From Bispira polyomma (taxonomy: Eukaryota), in the NCBI GenBank assembly GCA_965649765.1, contig OZ287755.1, positions 3,782,001-3,846,000 on the forward strand: a stretch of DNA of 64,000 nucleotides, in the 5' to 3' direction. Position numbers and translations under genes: made by a program. Below, one piece after another: positions 27,400-39,450 of the stretch. How positions within the stretch are numbered: the first letter of the stretch is position 1; every line of letters starts with the position of its first letter. Below the pieces are notes generated by a model, which worked only from the letters and a program-made list of their open reading frames with translations, did no database searches and was not told where the DNA came from.

Positions 27400-27691
27400 T
27401 CAAAAGGACATGTTAACAATAGTTTCTCATATGATGCTCCTAAGCTGTGAAATGATCTGCCTCATAAAATTCGTACTGCCTCCTCACTTGCCAGTTTTAT
27501 GAAAAAGCTCAAAACCTACCTGTTTAGCAAGGCTTTTCCACCACAGTCTTGTTACCTTTTCCGGTGCCTCCACGGTCACGTCCCCTGTACATCCAATGGC
27601 TGTATGGAATTGTCAAAATGATTTTCTGTCTCATGTGTCTTAGAATCTGCTAGCACAGAGATAATCGCTATAATAGTTAGATTAGATTAGA
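27400..27691 (+). mobile_element. L2 LINE 3' fragment
   Basis: APKL*NDLP..IRTASSLASFMKKLKTYLFSKAF followed by a (TTAGA)n tail. Confidence 0.75.
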
Positions 27692-27959
27692 AATGTGGTA
27701 CTGCCGAATATAATTCAGTATTGAATGCTACTGAACAGACAATAGTGATTAAGGGTTAATAATTGCATACACATGGACATTGTGATTGCGAATCGCACAG
27801 TAATTCTGTAGTTACTCATGAGTACCGTGTTTGTTGGCAAAGCAGTTGACAACCCCTGTATTATTGTTTTATTTTGTCCTCAATACCACTACTTCAGCTT
27901 AGTACATCATGTCACTCATTTAGCTGTCAATCATGCATTACAGTGTGTGCAGTAACTTC

Positions 27960-28460
27960 TCTGATCAGTGACCTTAAGTCCATTCTTAGACACCAAGGAT
28001 AGATTGAGTGACAGCTACCAATTACACAGACAGTGCCCGATTAACTTCACACTCTACTTATGTTTATTCCATGAGTTAAAAGCCTTTGTCTCTCCTTGCT
28101 ACTCGTTATTTCCAATATCAAGGGACAGAAAAGGGTGGAGCACCACAGAGTGCGCCGGGGGATGATTAAGACTAAGGTTTGGGATAGTAGTGGAGTTATC
28201 TTAAGAGAGACGAAAGATACTTCATTTTCAGAATTAAAACTTTTCCCAGTTAAGCTTAAAACACTAGAAACACTTTAGGAGAAAATTTAAAACCTAACTC
28301 TTCAAACTAGCTTATTTTTGCTTAGTTCCCCCGCTGTACACCCCAACATCCTTCTTAACAATCTGCCTTTGTTTTGGGAATTGGATAATTGATCCTGTTG
28401 TTGCTCTTTAGAAGATGCCTAGCATGAATAAGGCGTGTTAAAAATGTGAAATTCAATACA
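27960..28460 (+). mobile_element. L2 LINE 3' fragment
   Basis: FRRKFKT.LF-like end and tail GTTGCTCTTTAGAAGATGCCTAGCATGAATAAGGCG; also present in the duplicate at ~60.85-61.0 kb. Confidence 0.6.
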
Positions 28461-28786
28461 ACACTGCAGTGCTTTGATGGATGTATGCATTGTACCCTGT
28501 TCTATTTCTCTTCAAATTCCCTCCCCCGCTATCACTGCCACCCAGACCCCTGTTAGTTCTCTCTTTGCACCCCTGCATCCTTTCTTATGGCTGGGATATG
28601 TTTTCGAGACTTTATTGGTTAATAGATTCTGTTTTTTAACTTTAAAAGATGACTTTTATCAATCAGGTGTATTAAGATTGCAAAATACAGACACAAATCA
28701 ACCCCATTTTGAGTAAAAGCTGTCAATTACACAGACAGTTTCCGAATAACTTTCACACATGAGTGACATTTCAATTTTAACAGCTG

Positions 28787-29230
28787 TCACACAGGCAAGT
28801 CTGCAGTAAGTCCACACATCAGCGCCATTTCTTCCTTTCTCAGCGAAGCTGCAGACGATGACAGGGGTGAACACTCGAAGGCCTGGGGTTTTGATTTGCT
28901 GTACTGAATTTGAATACATGAGAAGAACACACCCACAAAGCCTGCGATAAAGAGAAAAGTCGGCCACATGATGACATTCATCGCTAGAGTGGTAGAGGTG
29001 TTCAGGTGTGTTGAGGTCAAATGAGAATTGAGATGATTTTGTCGCTGGGGCTTAAAGTGGTAGGAGCAATGGACAAAGCTGTTGACCTTAATCAGAATGT
29101 CTTTGTCATTGCTCAAGGTCATTAGACAGACTGGGTGATTTTTTGCAGATAACGACCGGGTCAGCACATCAGGTAGAAAAGATGGAGGAGAATGTGGTGG
29201 TGTGGACACACTACATCCAAGGCAGGTATT
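28787..29230 (-). CDS. BK-channel beta-subunit-like (KCNMB/CaKB family) protein, last coding exon
   Basis: Acceptor ctctgtctttcAG (29232-29231), phase 0. Encodes NTCLGCS..CSYH..VIMWPTFLFIAGFVGVFF; the second TM resembles the KCNMB FWPTFLL.GG motif. Open to TGA. Confidence 0.8.
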   Translation of the reverse strand, partial: NTCLGCSVSTPPHSPPSFLPDVLTRSLSAKNHPVCLMTLSNDKDILIKVNSFVHCSYHFKPQRQNHLNSHLTSTHLNTSTTLAMNVIMWPTFLFIAGFVGVFFSCIQIQYSKSKPQAFECSPLSSSAASLRKEEMALMCGLTADLPV

Positions 29231-30699
29231 CTGAAAGACAGAGATAAGGTTAAATTAAAGTAAAACTTGTCTATAAAGACCAATCAAGGAATCCTCCATA
29301 GTGATCTTTATTGACAGGTGTTTTATATTTGTATATATATGTAGGTTGATATTATTCAAAAATTAGTCTTAGGTATTGAAAGTGTGGTCTTTCGATACAG
29401 GTGGTCCGTGCAGCATGTTTTAGTGATAAAGTTGTATCTACACAGGTAAGCTGCTGCAAGTACTGTATTTGAATTTAAATTTAGTTAGATTGTATCTTGT
29501 CTTCAACTGATTAGGTCATATTGCTATGGCTAGAATTAAGGGTGGAAGGAACCCATGCTGAAGCACTTGTAAACCTCCAACCTACGACAATTACAAGCAA
29601 ACACTTCTAACTGAAGCACTTGTAAACCAACAACCTATATTTTCTCTGTTGATTACCCTTAACAAATATGGCTAAAGTTGTGGTTTGCATAACATGGTTT
29701 TCACTTATCACTTTTTAAAATTGATAGAAAACAATTATAATTTTTACTTATATTATTATTATTAATGTTTACATGATTGACTTTGCTACTCAAAATAAAA
29801 TATATTGACACCACCAAACTGGTTATTGTCATTTGTGAGTATCAAGTAATAAACTATCATCATGTAATTAAAGGAAGGGATAAATGTCACAATATCTTTA
29901 TCACATGTTGCTGTATGCACTGTGATGTTGTATTTTTAGCATCAAACTGTGACAACAGAACTCATAATAAACACTTTCCACACTGCAGTTTTGGCATAGA
30001 ACAAGTGGGTATAAAGGTTGGATCAAATTAAACCATTTGTCTACATTTGTGAGGTCATTTGAGTGTGTGTAATACATTATGGGGAAACCCATGCTTCTTT
30101 AGCTTGCTAGTCAATTTGTGTGTGAAATTCATGTGTATTTTAATTACACACATTACGTAAATAGGTGAAAAAGTTATTAGGACACGTCACTGATGTCTTT
30201 AAATTTTGACATCTAAATCTTTGAATGGCACAAATAAAAATAAGAATGGTCCTGATGTTATAAATTTTCACCCATGTTCTTTTGCGATGACGAGACAAAT
30301 GCTAATGGAAATCAAAGCGCTGCTAATGTAGACAAATCTGAAACAAAGTTGAAACATACTCTCACTAATCACTAAAAATATGTCTGTGGTGCGTTTGTGA
30401 TAACTATACATCTGAATGAGACCAAAGTGTTAGGGACCATACAGCACAAAGACTAAAACACCCATTTGTTGTCAGATAAGCCATTTATACACCTTAGCTT
30501 GGAAGAGACAGACATTTAGTAAAATAACTTTCCTAATGGTGTCCTAATCTATACTAAAACAATTAGTCTACTTTTTTTATCTTATTCAAACAACTAATTA
30601 ACCTTTTCTTGACTGTCCAACTACAGCAAACCGACACCAAACAAAAAGAGATAAGCTTGAGGATGACGAAATATATATGAAAGTCCCCTGAATTCTCTT

Positions 30700-30845
30700 T
30701 AACCAGTCACTGGGGATAAGACCCAATAACAGGGCAAACTGTTATCTCAGCCACTATGTATCTGACCCTACCCCAAGCTGAGATCAAACCCAAGTCCCTC
30801 ATGTTTCTAATTGTGTGTATGTTACTCACTAGCCAACCTTCTGGA
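30700..30845 (-). mobile_element. tRNA-derived SINE head
   Basis: Minus strand has A-box-like TGGCTAGTGAGT and B-box-like GGGTTTGATCTC. Paralogous copy at ~61880-62010. Confidence 0.5.
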
Positions 30846-31625
30846 AACATGAATGCTAGTTTATCTCTCTCAGATTTCCAGTAAACTCTATTCAACCAAG
30901 CTTTTCTTTTTACAAACAAACAAATCTTTACTTTATTCAGGAAAACCCCCCATAAATTATGTTTTTCTTTAAAATTTGACCTGTAAGTGGGACAGTAATG
31001 CACTGGCTGCAATAGAAGAAAAACAGAAATGAAACCCATTGTATACACAGTTTCCACAGTAATCATCTTAATAGTGATAAAACAGCCCTAACTATAATAA
31101 ACCCAAATCACAAGTAGTCTCTACTTTGTGACAGATGTATATAACAAAGTTAGCACAAGTCAGAAGTAGTTAAATGGAATCATCCTCTTCATTAAATATA
31201 ATTAAATCAATATTATTTTTGTATGATTCAATAAACATATTTGTAAAAATACACATAGCTGCTTGCAGTCCTAATAATCCTTGTCACATGTTATATTAAT
31301 GTTTTTACTTCTAAAGTAACACAGCATACTTTAACATGCAAAAAAAGTGCGATAGGACGAAAGGTCGATGATCAGAGGTCAGTCAGAACCAACAGATATA
31401 TGTCAAGGTGGCAAAGAGAGTTGATACTGATGTTTTTTTATGAGGTTTTTTCTGAAGCCCAATGTTATAGTATCAGTTGGAATAGTGGGGACAGTTCAAT
31501 TTAGCAGGTGCTAAAACTTAAATTATCTTAAACTGAATTTTTTTTTTCATTTTTTATTTATTTATTTTTTTATTTTATTTTATTTTTTATCATTTTCTTT
31601 TTTTTTTTAGGGGGGGGGGGGTGTG

Positions 31626-31693
31626 AATAGATAGAGGTGGTGAAACGATTTACACTGTATGAATAGATAGAGGTGGTGAAACGATTTACACTG
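31626..31693. repeat. Tandem duplication, ~36 bp x2
   Basis: GAATAGATAGAGGTGGTGAAACGATTTACACTG occurs twice. Confidence 0.9.
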
Positions 31694-32399
31694 ATGCGAT
31701 TGCCAATAGATAACATAGATGATAAGTTGGCTGGCTGTTGCACATGGACAATCTTAGAAAATGATAACATTTTGTTTGATTTTTATTTGAAACATCTAAA
31801 ACACAACAAAATGATATTCATGAATAATGTAAAATCAGTTTTAAAAAATATAACTTAACTAACACATTCGATGTCAGTATATTTACCGCAATTACAATTC
31901 ACATCATATCATATTGCAGCACAAGCAGGGTGGGTTTAACACTTTTGTTTCCTGTGTTGTCAAGAAAATATATTTACTGATAACGAACACCCTTGGGAAG
32001 CCATTAGTGTCAATATCAGTTTCAGTCTAGACCACCATCTTAGCAACTATAGCTACAGAAACTGATGATTTTTGTAAATGTACTGACAGATGCTAATTCT
32101 GGCACATTAAAAACTTCAATATACTGACATAAAAGTCATAGGAAAAGTTTGTGCTGAATTTATTACATGTATTAGTGTTGATTTTGAAATATATGGTTTT
32201 AATTGTTCATTCTTGTTAAAGAACTATTTTTTATCAAAATCAAGCTGTTATGGGCAGTAAACAGAATAGGTTGTTTATTAATGACAATATATGGCCATTG
32301 TGGCATCGTGGTCAGAGATGCCTACTGCACAAACACTGGGCGCTCATCGAAGTGTCCTTCCTGAACTGATATCCCTATTTCCCTATCTTTGCATTTTTA

Positions 32400-32482
32400 A
32401 AATTATTATTGTAAATTTTTAACGTCCTTTGATTTCATCTTCTAAAGCGCAACAGCAGAATCATTGATGCAATCGTAAAGTC
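32400..32482 (-). mobile_element. L2 LINE 3' tail abutting the truncated YR ORF
   Basis: CATCTTCTAAAGCGCAACAGCAGAATCATT is identical to ~7202-7231. Confidence 0.75.
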
Positions 32483-32483
32483 A

Positions 32484-33200
32484 ATGCTTTAAAAGCAGTG
32501 AGAGGTTGGAATTCTGTTTTTGATTTAATTAAAAACAAAGGGGAGTCCCCATCAGCAGGCAAAGCCTGAATCTTATTACGCAAAGCAGTTACAGGACATA
32601 ATTCATTATTAGGGAGGAAAGGAAGTTGTACTATTTGGTATTGGCCAGAGGCCTGCATATTCTTGGCACAAGTCATTACAATGTGCACACCTGGTGCATC
32701 CCATATTAAATCACCCCTAGTAGGAAATCGAGTTTTGTCAAAGGCTAAGCGAAAAAAGCCGAAAAAAGCACATAAAAACAATGGTATAAAATCTTCAGAG
32801 TTGGTTAGGCCTTGACAGGCTGATACTAATTTACTCAACATGGTTATAGACAAAACTCCTTTCACCTTGGGAGCCAACGCTGCATTATTTCTAACTGACT
32901 TTACCAATAATACAACTTTTCTTGTATTCAAACTATTTTTAGGCCAGTCAAGCAAGGCAAAGAAATGACCCAGAACAGACAAGTGATTAGTGACAGATGT
33001 AGCTTTTAGTACATTTTGTATTAGGTATTCCACATAACACAACACCGTCTGTGCAGCATGAGGTACAGGAAATCTCATGAAGATCACAAAGGATAGGAAC
33101 AGACTGAACGACGAGCTGTATGACGTCGTGGTACGAGGCCGCATGGCAGTAGGAATACGAAGCAGAGCATCTTTTTCCAGCTGCACTGCTAATGATGATA
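32484..33200 (-). pseudogene. Tyrosine recombinase ORF of element 2, truncated before the HxxR/Y catalytic region
   Basis: FFGFFRLA..TRGD..AKNMQ..LCPVTAL..PLF. The ORF runs into an L2 tail and has no ATG at its 5' end. Confidence 0.85.
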
Positions 33201-33312
33201 CTGAAAATACAGAACTTTTGACAGCAGAACCATGTTTTTAATTTATTGTGACCCTGTCCCTTTAGGGTCTCCATATACACCTAGTATTATTTCCCATCAA
33301 TTATGATTTATT

Positions 33313-35162
33313 TTAAATGTAGAAATTAGGAAGAAGCATGTCTTCTTGGGTTAGAAGCCATTTACAGCTTTTTAACCATTTAACTTCAGTTAAGTTTGTT
33401 TCATGATATACATGCCACCGGGACAGAATGTCCGCAAATGTATTATCTACACCTCTAATATGACATACTTTAAGTTCAATATTATATGCTGCCATATAGT
33501 ACCAGGCAGTCCTAACACATGCAATCAACCATGGGTCACGAGCTTTACCAGATGTAAACATATTTACTACTGAATAATTGTCACACCACATTAATACTGT
33601 GGAATTCTTCCATTCTTCGCACCAAAGCTTAAGTGCTATTAGAATATTTGCTGCCTCAAAATGGACTATTGATTGATGAGTTTTTAAAAATTCAGGAATG
33701 TTTTCTGAGTAAGCCATTTTATTATGATAACCGCCCATTCTTTGCAGAGAGGCATCCACAAATACTTCATGATGTATCTCATTAGATTTATGGATTTCAA
33801 CTGTACCATTAAACTTTTCTAAAAATGTATTAAACCAATGGATATCTCTAAAAAATTCACATGGGAGCACAATTGTTCCTTTCATAGGAGCAGAACGGAG
33901 CACCTGAAGTATTCTATTAATGAACATACGTGCAGGACACACGCACCTATGTATATATAGTAGTTTACCTGCCAATTTCTGTAATTGGTTTCTAGTTGCA
34001 CACGCTTTATCCTTCCAATATTGACATAACTTTTTAACTTCTTTAAGTTTATTAGGAGGAATAGTTAACTTTCCTGTGTTAGCATTTATTAGAATTCCTA
34101 GACAGTTAATTTACTGAGCTGGAGGTTCTAGTTTTTTAGCATTAATTGGTAAACCAAGTTCGATTAATAGATTTTTTAAAGACAGGAAGTGAGATTCTGC
34201 CAGATGCGGAGGAGACGCTCCGATATAATCATCTAAATAATTCATAAGCCATATGCCACGTTCACGCAACGTTGACGTAACTGCGTCAGTGCATAACTGG
34301 CAAGCGGCCGCTCTTGTTCGAAATCCGAATGGAAGTCCTACGTCAACATATATGTTCCCTTGCCAACGCAGACCCAAGACAGGATAATCTCTAAGATCAA
34401 TACGTAGGTTACGGAACGCCCGTGAAAGATCAATTTTATACAACAGAGTATTTGTTCCATATTTTTGAATAACATTTACTACTTCATCTATTGTAGGATA
34501 TTTTAAAGTATAAGCCATTTCATCATACACATCAGTTGATACACAACTATTAACACTCTGGCCCAATGGCTATGACAAATCAACGATCACTCGAGTACCC
34601 CCATCCGTTTAGGACATGCCATAAGGGGTGAAAAATGTATATTTTTAAACGGTTGTTCTGTTATAGGACCAATCATAGCCTGATGGCTAACTTCCATCTT
34701 AAAATATTCATCAACTCCTTTAGGATTACATAAAGCTGATTTATGTTTATCCACTAATGGATTAAAAACAAAGTTACTATAATCAATGTTAAGAGGGAAG
34801 CCAAATTGAATATACTCCCCTAAAATTTCTAAGGGATATTCTTTTAATAACCTACGCCAAGCAGGAATATGTAATCCTGAAAGCACTGTTATTCTTGCGC
34901 CCTTATAATTGGGAACACCAAACTCTGCCACTTGATTATGTATTTTCCTAAGCCAATTAACATTTGGTTCAAAAGTTATATTATTACAAGGCAACATAGA
35001 CAAGACTGGAGGAAGTGTATGCGGAATAAATCCAAAGTTCCTGCTTTCAACTTCATATCTTATATAATCAGTGTGAGGTTCAATTATAATATCAGTATTA
35101 TTAAATACATAATACTTTACAACACCTGTTTCTGTTTTGGCATTAAAAAACTGAATATACAA
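33313..35162 (-). pseudogene. RT/RNase H of element 2 (frameshifts and stops)
   Basis: ORFs 34587-35162, 34111-34566 and 33313-33975. Confidence 0.9.
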
Positions 35163-35509
35163 CTATGTATTACATCACCAACTTTATTGTTATGACCTCT
35201 TCTATCATTTGTACTAGTATTATTGTTGCAACTGATAGATGCATATTCATCACTTAATCCCAAGTACCTATCACTTATTTTGATTTGACATATTGAGGTA
35301 CTATGAGTGTTACTATAACTATGTATGTGCGCACTATGATCTGATACATGACCTATGTTACTATCAGGCCATGCATTAATCCCGTGCATGTATGAACTAT
35401 CACCAAAGGCATGTATCACCTCGCTATCATCAGTCAATGTGTTATATATGTGGACCATACTATTCAACTGAAAATAAGCGGCACATGTGAACACATTTAC
35501 ATCTGGTTG

Positions 35510-35760
35510 GTTAAATGTGGAGACATTATGACCATTTCCTTTCCAACTATTATTTCCATTGAACGTGAGGACGTTATGATCACGTTCATCCCAACTACTA
35601 TATTTATTCAACGTGAGGACATTATGGTCATTTGCATTCCAACTATTACTTACATTGGACATGAGGACATTATGATCGCTCCCAACGTAAGTACTTTCTG
35701 CATTGGACGTGAGGACACCATGATTCTTATCGTGCCACCTATTGTTTTTATTACAATCAT
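35510..35760 (-). repeat. Coding tandem repeat, 48 bp (16 aa) x~5
   Basis: HGVLTSNAESTYVGSD / HNVLMSNVSNSWNAND / HNVLTLNKYSSWDERD / HNVLTFNGNNSWKGNG / HNVSTFN in ORF 35117-35800. Confidence 0.85.
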
Positions 35761-37240
35761 AATAGCATACGTGCCCATTATGGTAACTAACATCTCCCAT
35801 TTCATTTGTACATATACTACATATAGAATCATTATCATTGCATATATTGAACTGTGTTTGGTTTAACGTGTGTACATTATGATTAACACCAACTTGGCTG
35901 ACATAATAACATTAACTAAAATCATCTTGATATTTAAAATCATTATGATCACTATTTGTGTGGTATTTCATATTAAAATGGTTGTTTGTATAAAAATGAC
36001 TTCTTAAATACAGTTTGTTCGAGCTGTGGAGTTTTGGCAAATAATTACCGTTACAATCAATACTATGGGTGTAATTCATACACTGTTCATGAATATTAAC
36101 CTCAGTATTATTAAACTTGTCCATATGGACTGTATTTTTAGGGTCAGCGTTCCCCCCCATGTTGTAAGATTTGTGGTTAAAAGGAGGGCCCTGACGACCT
36201 TGACTGCTTTCTAGTGTTGAACAAGGTCGCCCCTTCCCCTCAGTGTTGTATATTCTAATCCTTACAGGGTCACCACGTGTATGTGGTATTATTGATAAAT
36301 TATTGGTCCTATTGGGGAAAACGCTACACCCGAAAATTTTACCCATATAGGAGTCATGTTCTAGGATTTCAGTGTCCTCTAAAGTGCCATATTTTACTGA
36401 GAATATGTTTTTACCCATTGCCATTCTACAGCTATGTTTTTTATTACTTCACACTTTTGCACTAGAGTCACTATAGTCTCTAGAACAGCCACCTTGATTT
36501 GGACCATTATATTCCACCAAAGTAATGTTACCACCAGCTTGTATACGACTATAGAAACATATGTTATAACTATCATTTTGATAATTTTGTTCAATCAAGC
36601 CCAACTCACTGCTAGTGTGATTACCTTTGCGGGGGGATATAAACCATTACTCGTACTATTAGAGCAACTTGTATGTATAACCATATTATCAGCCAAGGCT
36701 GTATCACCTATGCTGTCATTCTGATATTTACATTTTTCCCACGTGGTAGGAGGTAAACAGACACGCACGTTAATATTGTTTTTACTACTGTCTACCTGTA
36801 AAACACTACTAGCTTCTCTAAACTGAGCTTTATAGTGATTATTAAATGACTTTGCATTTGGGTTTAAACAATTATATCCCACATGTCTAGTGAGATAATA
36901 AAAACTAGGAGCATTAGGATTTAATGGCCTGTTTTTGACTCCTTTTATGATACTATTACAGTCATTTTGAACACGACTACTTGTTAAGCATTTATAAATG
37001 ACATTCATACTACTATCACAAAGTCTATGTACATTAATACTGTTTATATTTGTACGGAGATTAATAATTCCGGCCAATATATCTGTCGGGTAAAATTTGG
37101 GAGCATTCACGTTGAATTGACTCTCAACGGAATACATCAAATCACCCACATCCTTGTCTGTTGCACTGTTATACTTAGAATACTGGTTATTATGCTCAAT
37201 ATTATTATCTTGGTTTTTAGGTACAACTCGACTAATTATG

Positions 37241-38290
37241 TTAAACACGCTGCTCTGCGTTCTGATCCTTATTGGCATTTTTGTGCCGGACACACTTATT
37301 CATGGGGTGTTCATGTTTCTTACCACGTGTTTCTTTAAAACAATATGAGCAATAATGCTCGTACTTTGTTCCCTTTGTAACATGGTCTTTTTCAAGGTTA
37401 CATGAACCTCTGTTGAGTAATGTACAAACTCTAGAATCTACTTGTCTGTTTGCATTAACTGCATTAGCACCACTAGTATGATAAGAAGGGATTTTTTGAG
37501 TATTTTGAGCTCTGACTTTCTCAACTGCCTCAATATTTACCCAATCTAATCTACCTTTCTCCATCTCCTGCAAAACTGCAGCGTGAGCCCTTTTTGCACT
37601 CTCAACATTAAGTTCAACAGCATCCTGCATTAAACCTACATAATATGTAAACATACTCTGTCTTACATCAGTATTGGGTTCTTCTAGAGCACATGATATC
37701 AAGCCCTGAGCCGACTGAATTGTAGACATTTCATCGTATGTCGGCTGTTTACTACTATGCACAATAGTGCAGTAATCTTGCGGGCAGTTTACAGGTACCT
37801 TGACTTTATGTACGCCGGCTCTAAAACTACCGGACTTTAAAGTAGAAGCATTTTTACCTTTGTTATCAGATCGAGAAGCACCCTCGTACTCTCTCAACTG
37901 CTTCTGAACCTCTGCCTGTACGCGTGAATCAGATTTCAGCACATCAAATGAGGGCAGCTTGGCTACATCAGGTTTCTCAATGCGACTACAGTCAGTTCTG
38001 GGATGACTCCGTTTCGTTGTCTTGGGGGAGCTCTGCGCAGACAGAACAGCTGATAACTCGTTTAAACTCACACGCTCCTCCTGGCGTTGAATACGTTCTT
38101 CTTGTTGCTGGAGACGTGTTCCCATACATTTAACAACAGTCAGCAGTTCATCCAGTTTATCAGACACAACATTACTTTGTAAATCAGTTCTTTCCTCTGC
38201 TTCAGCAGCCATTCCCCCTTCAACTACTCCCGGTTCATTCAATGTTTTATCACTGTTTTTATTTGTTTTATCTTTACCAGATTTAGGCAT
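37241..38290 (-). CDS. gag-like protein of YR retrotransposon 2 (349 aa, intact ORF)
   Basis: Coiled coil, LMQDAVELNVESAKRAHAAVLQEME core, C-terminal C-x7-C-x5-H and CSYC..H..C zinc motifs. Confidence 0.85.
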   Translation of the reverse strand: MPKSGKDKTNKNSDKTLNEPGVVEGGMAAEAEERTDLQSNVVSDKLDELLTVVKCMGTRLQQQEERIQRQEERVSLNELSAVLSAQSSPKTTKRSHPRTDCSRIEKPDVAKLPSFDVLKSDSRVQAEVQKQLREYEGASRSDNKGKNASTLKSGSFRAGVHKVKVPVNCPQDYCTIVHSSKQPTYDEMSTIQSAQGLISCALEEPNTDVRQSMFTYYVGLMQDAVELNVESAKRAHAAVLQEMEKGRLDWVNIEAVEKVRAQNTQKIPSYHTSGANAVNANRQVDSRVCTLLNRGSCNLEKDHVTKGTKYEHYCSYCFKETRGKKHEHPMNKCVRHKNANKDQNAEQRV

Positions 38291-38443
38291 TCTGAAATTA
38301 GTACAATACGGCTGGAATCTTGCTGGCTTATTACAACAAAATTAATCTAAATTTCCAAGTTATTTTCAAAATTTTCCGTATATATAAGCCAACCTAATTC
38401 CACAAAGATTTTGCCCAGCACCCAATTTAGTATAAAACCCCAC

Positions 38444-38478
38444 AACTGATTTTATATACGAAAGGGGGGTCTTTTATA
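38444..38478 (-). promoter_or_regulatory. Putative internal Pol II promoter of element 2 (TATA plus TCAGTT Inr)
   Basis: TATAAAAG at 38478-38471 and TCAGTT with the +1 A at 38447, 31 nt downstream of the TATA start. Confidence 0.6.
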
Positions 38479-38764
38479 TTCACCAGAATCACCCCACCTC
38501 ACACAATGTGCTTTGAGCCATATTAAAGCATGTGACCACAGGCCTGCCTGTGCTGACCCTTTAATCCAATCAGAGAGGGACAGCATGGAAAGTTTTTGTA
38601 AACCTAAGATTTGTGTTCAACCACAGCAAAGCTCACAGGATTTTGTGGGCTGTTTTTCTTTAATAATGTCTAGCACCAAACTTCCTTAGGCCAAGTGTGG
38701 CTAATTTAGAGTTTAATAGTTTACCCTCCCAAGACTGATCTGGAGTGCTACTTTAAATTCCGCA

Positions 38765-39450
38765 CACCTATAACCCAGAAGGGAAATGTGGAACAAAGAT
38801 TTTAATAGTTCACTGTTTTTCTTGTTTTCAATAAGAATAAATTCCGTTTTTTAGTTTTAGTTTGGAGTAGTTCATCCACCCCTGGACAGTGGACAGACAG
38901 TCTGTGAGAAGATCAATATTTTTATTTGCATTTTGAGGGTTGAGAGAAATAGACTTGAGTGTCGTCAGCATACATGTGGTGTTTTATATTATGAATATTG
39001 ATGACAGTGCTGAGAGGGTGTGTGTAACAGGTGAAAAGTAGAGGCCCAAAGACAGATCCTGGTATACTCCGTATAGTAGGTTTATGGAAGATGATAAGTG
39101 ATCATCTAATTCAATTATTTGTGCTCTAGGAGTAAGGTAGGATCTAATCCATTCAAGGACACTGCCATTTATTCCAAACCATTGCTTAAGAGTGTTGCAG
39201 AGCAGGCCATGATCAATAGTATCGAATACTGCTGAAAGATCTAAAAGGGTGAGGGCCACTGTTTCATCGCAGTGCAAGTGAAATTTTCTTTAAGCAGCTT
39301 GGTGACAATTTTTAATGTTATGTCTGTTGAGGTGGTCAGAAATTTGTTGTGCTACAGTTTTATCGATAACTTTAAAGACAAAGCTGAGGTTTGACACTGG
39401 TTTGTAGTGTTTGAGCTGGCTCTTATCAAGAATTGTGACACCAACTAACA
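38765..39450 (-). mobile_element. L2/CR1 LINE RT fragment
   Basis: [41 protein letters not shown]. Confidence 0.85.

Larger units (their letters stand above)
32484..38560 (-). mobile_element. Tyrosine-recombinase retrotransposon (DIRS order, Ngaro-like) copy 2, 3'-truncated
   Basis: Intact gag, long pol N-terminal extension, RT (YKIDLSRAFRNL, LPFG, NYLDD), RNase H (FVDAS, HFEAANI, WCDN, ADILSRW) and YR N-terminal two-thirds. Confidence 0.93.

Noticed and set aside
30707-31066. 119-aa ORF apparently conserved with 61881-62072
   Set aside because: The similarity is explained by the segmental duplication. The shared part overlaps a SINE-like head, and the upstream frame is not preserved.
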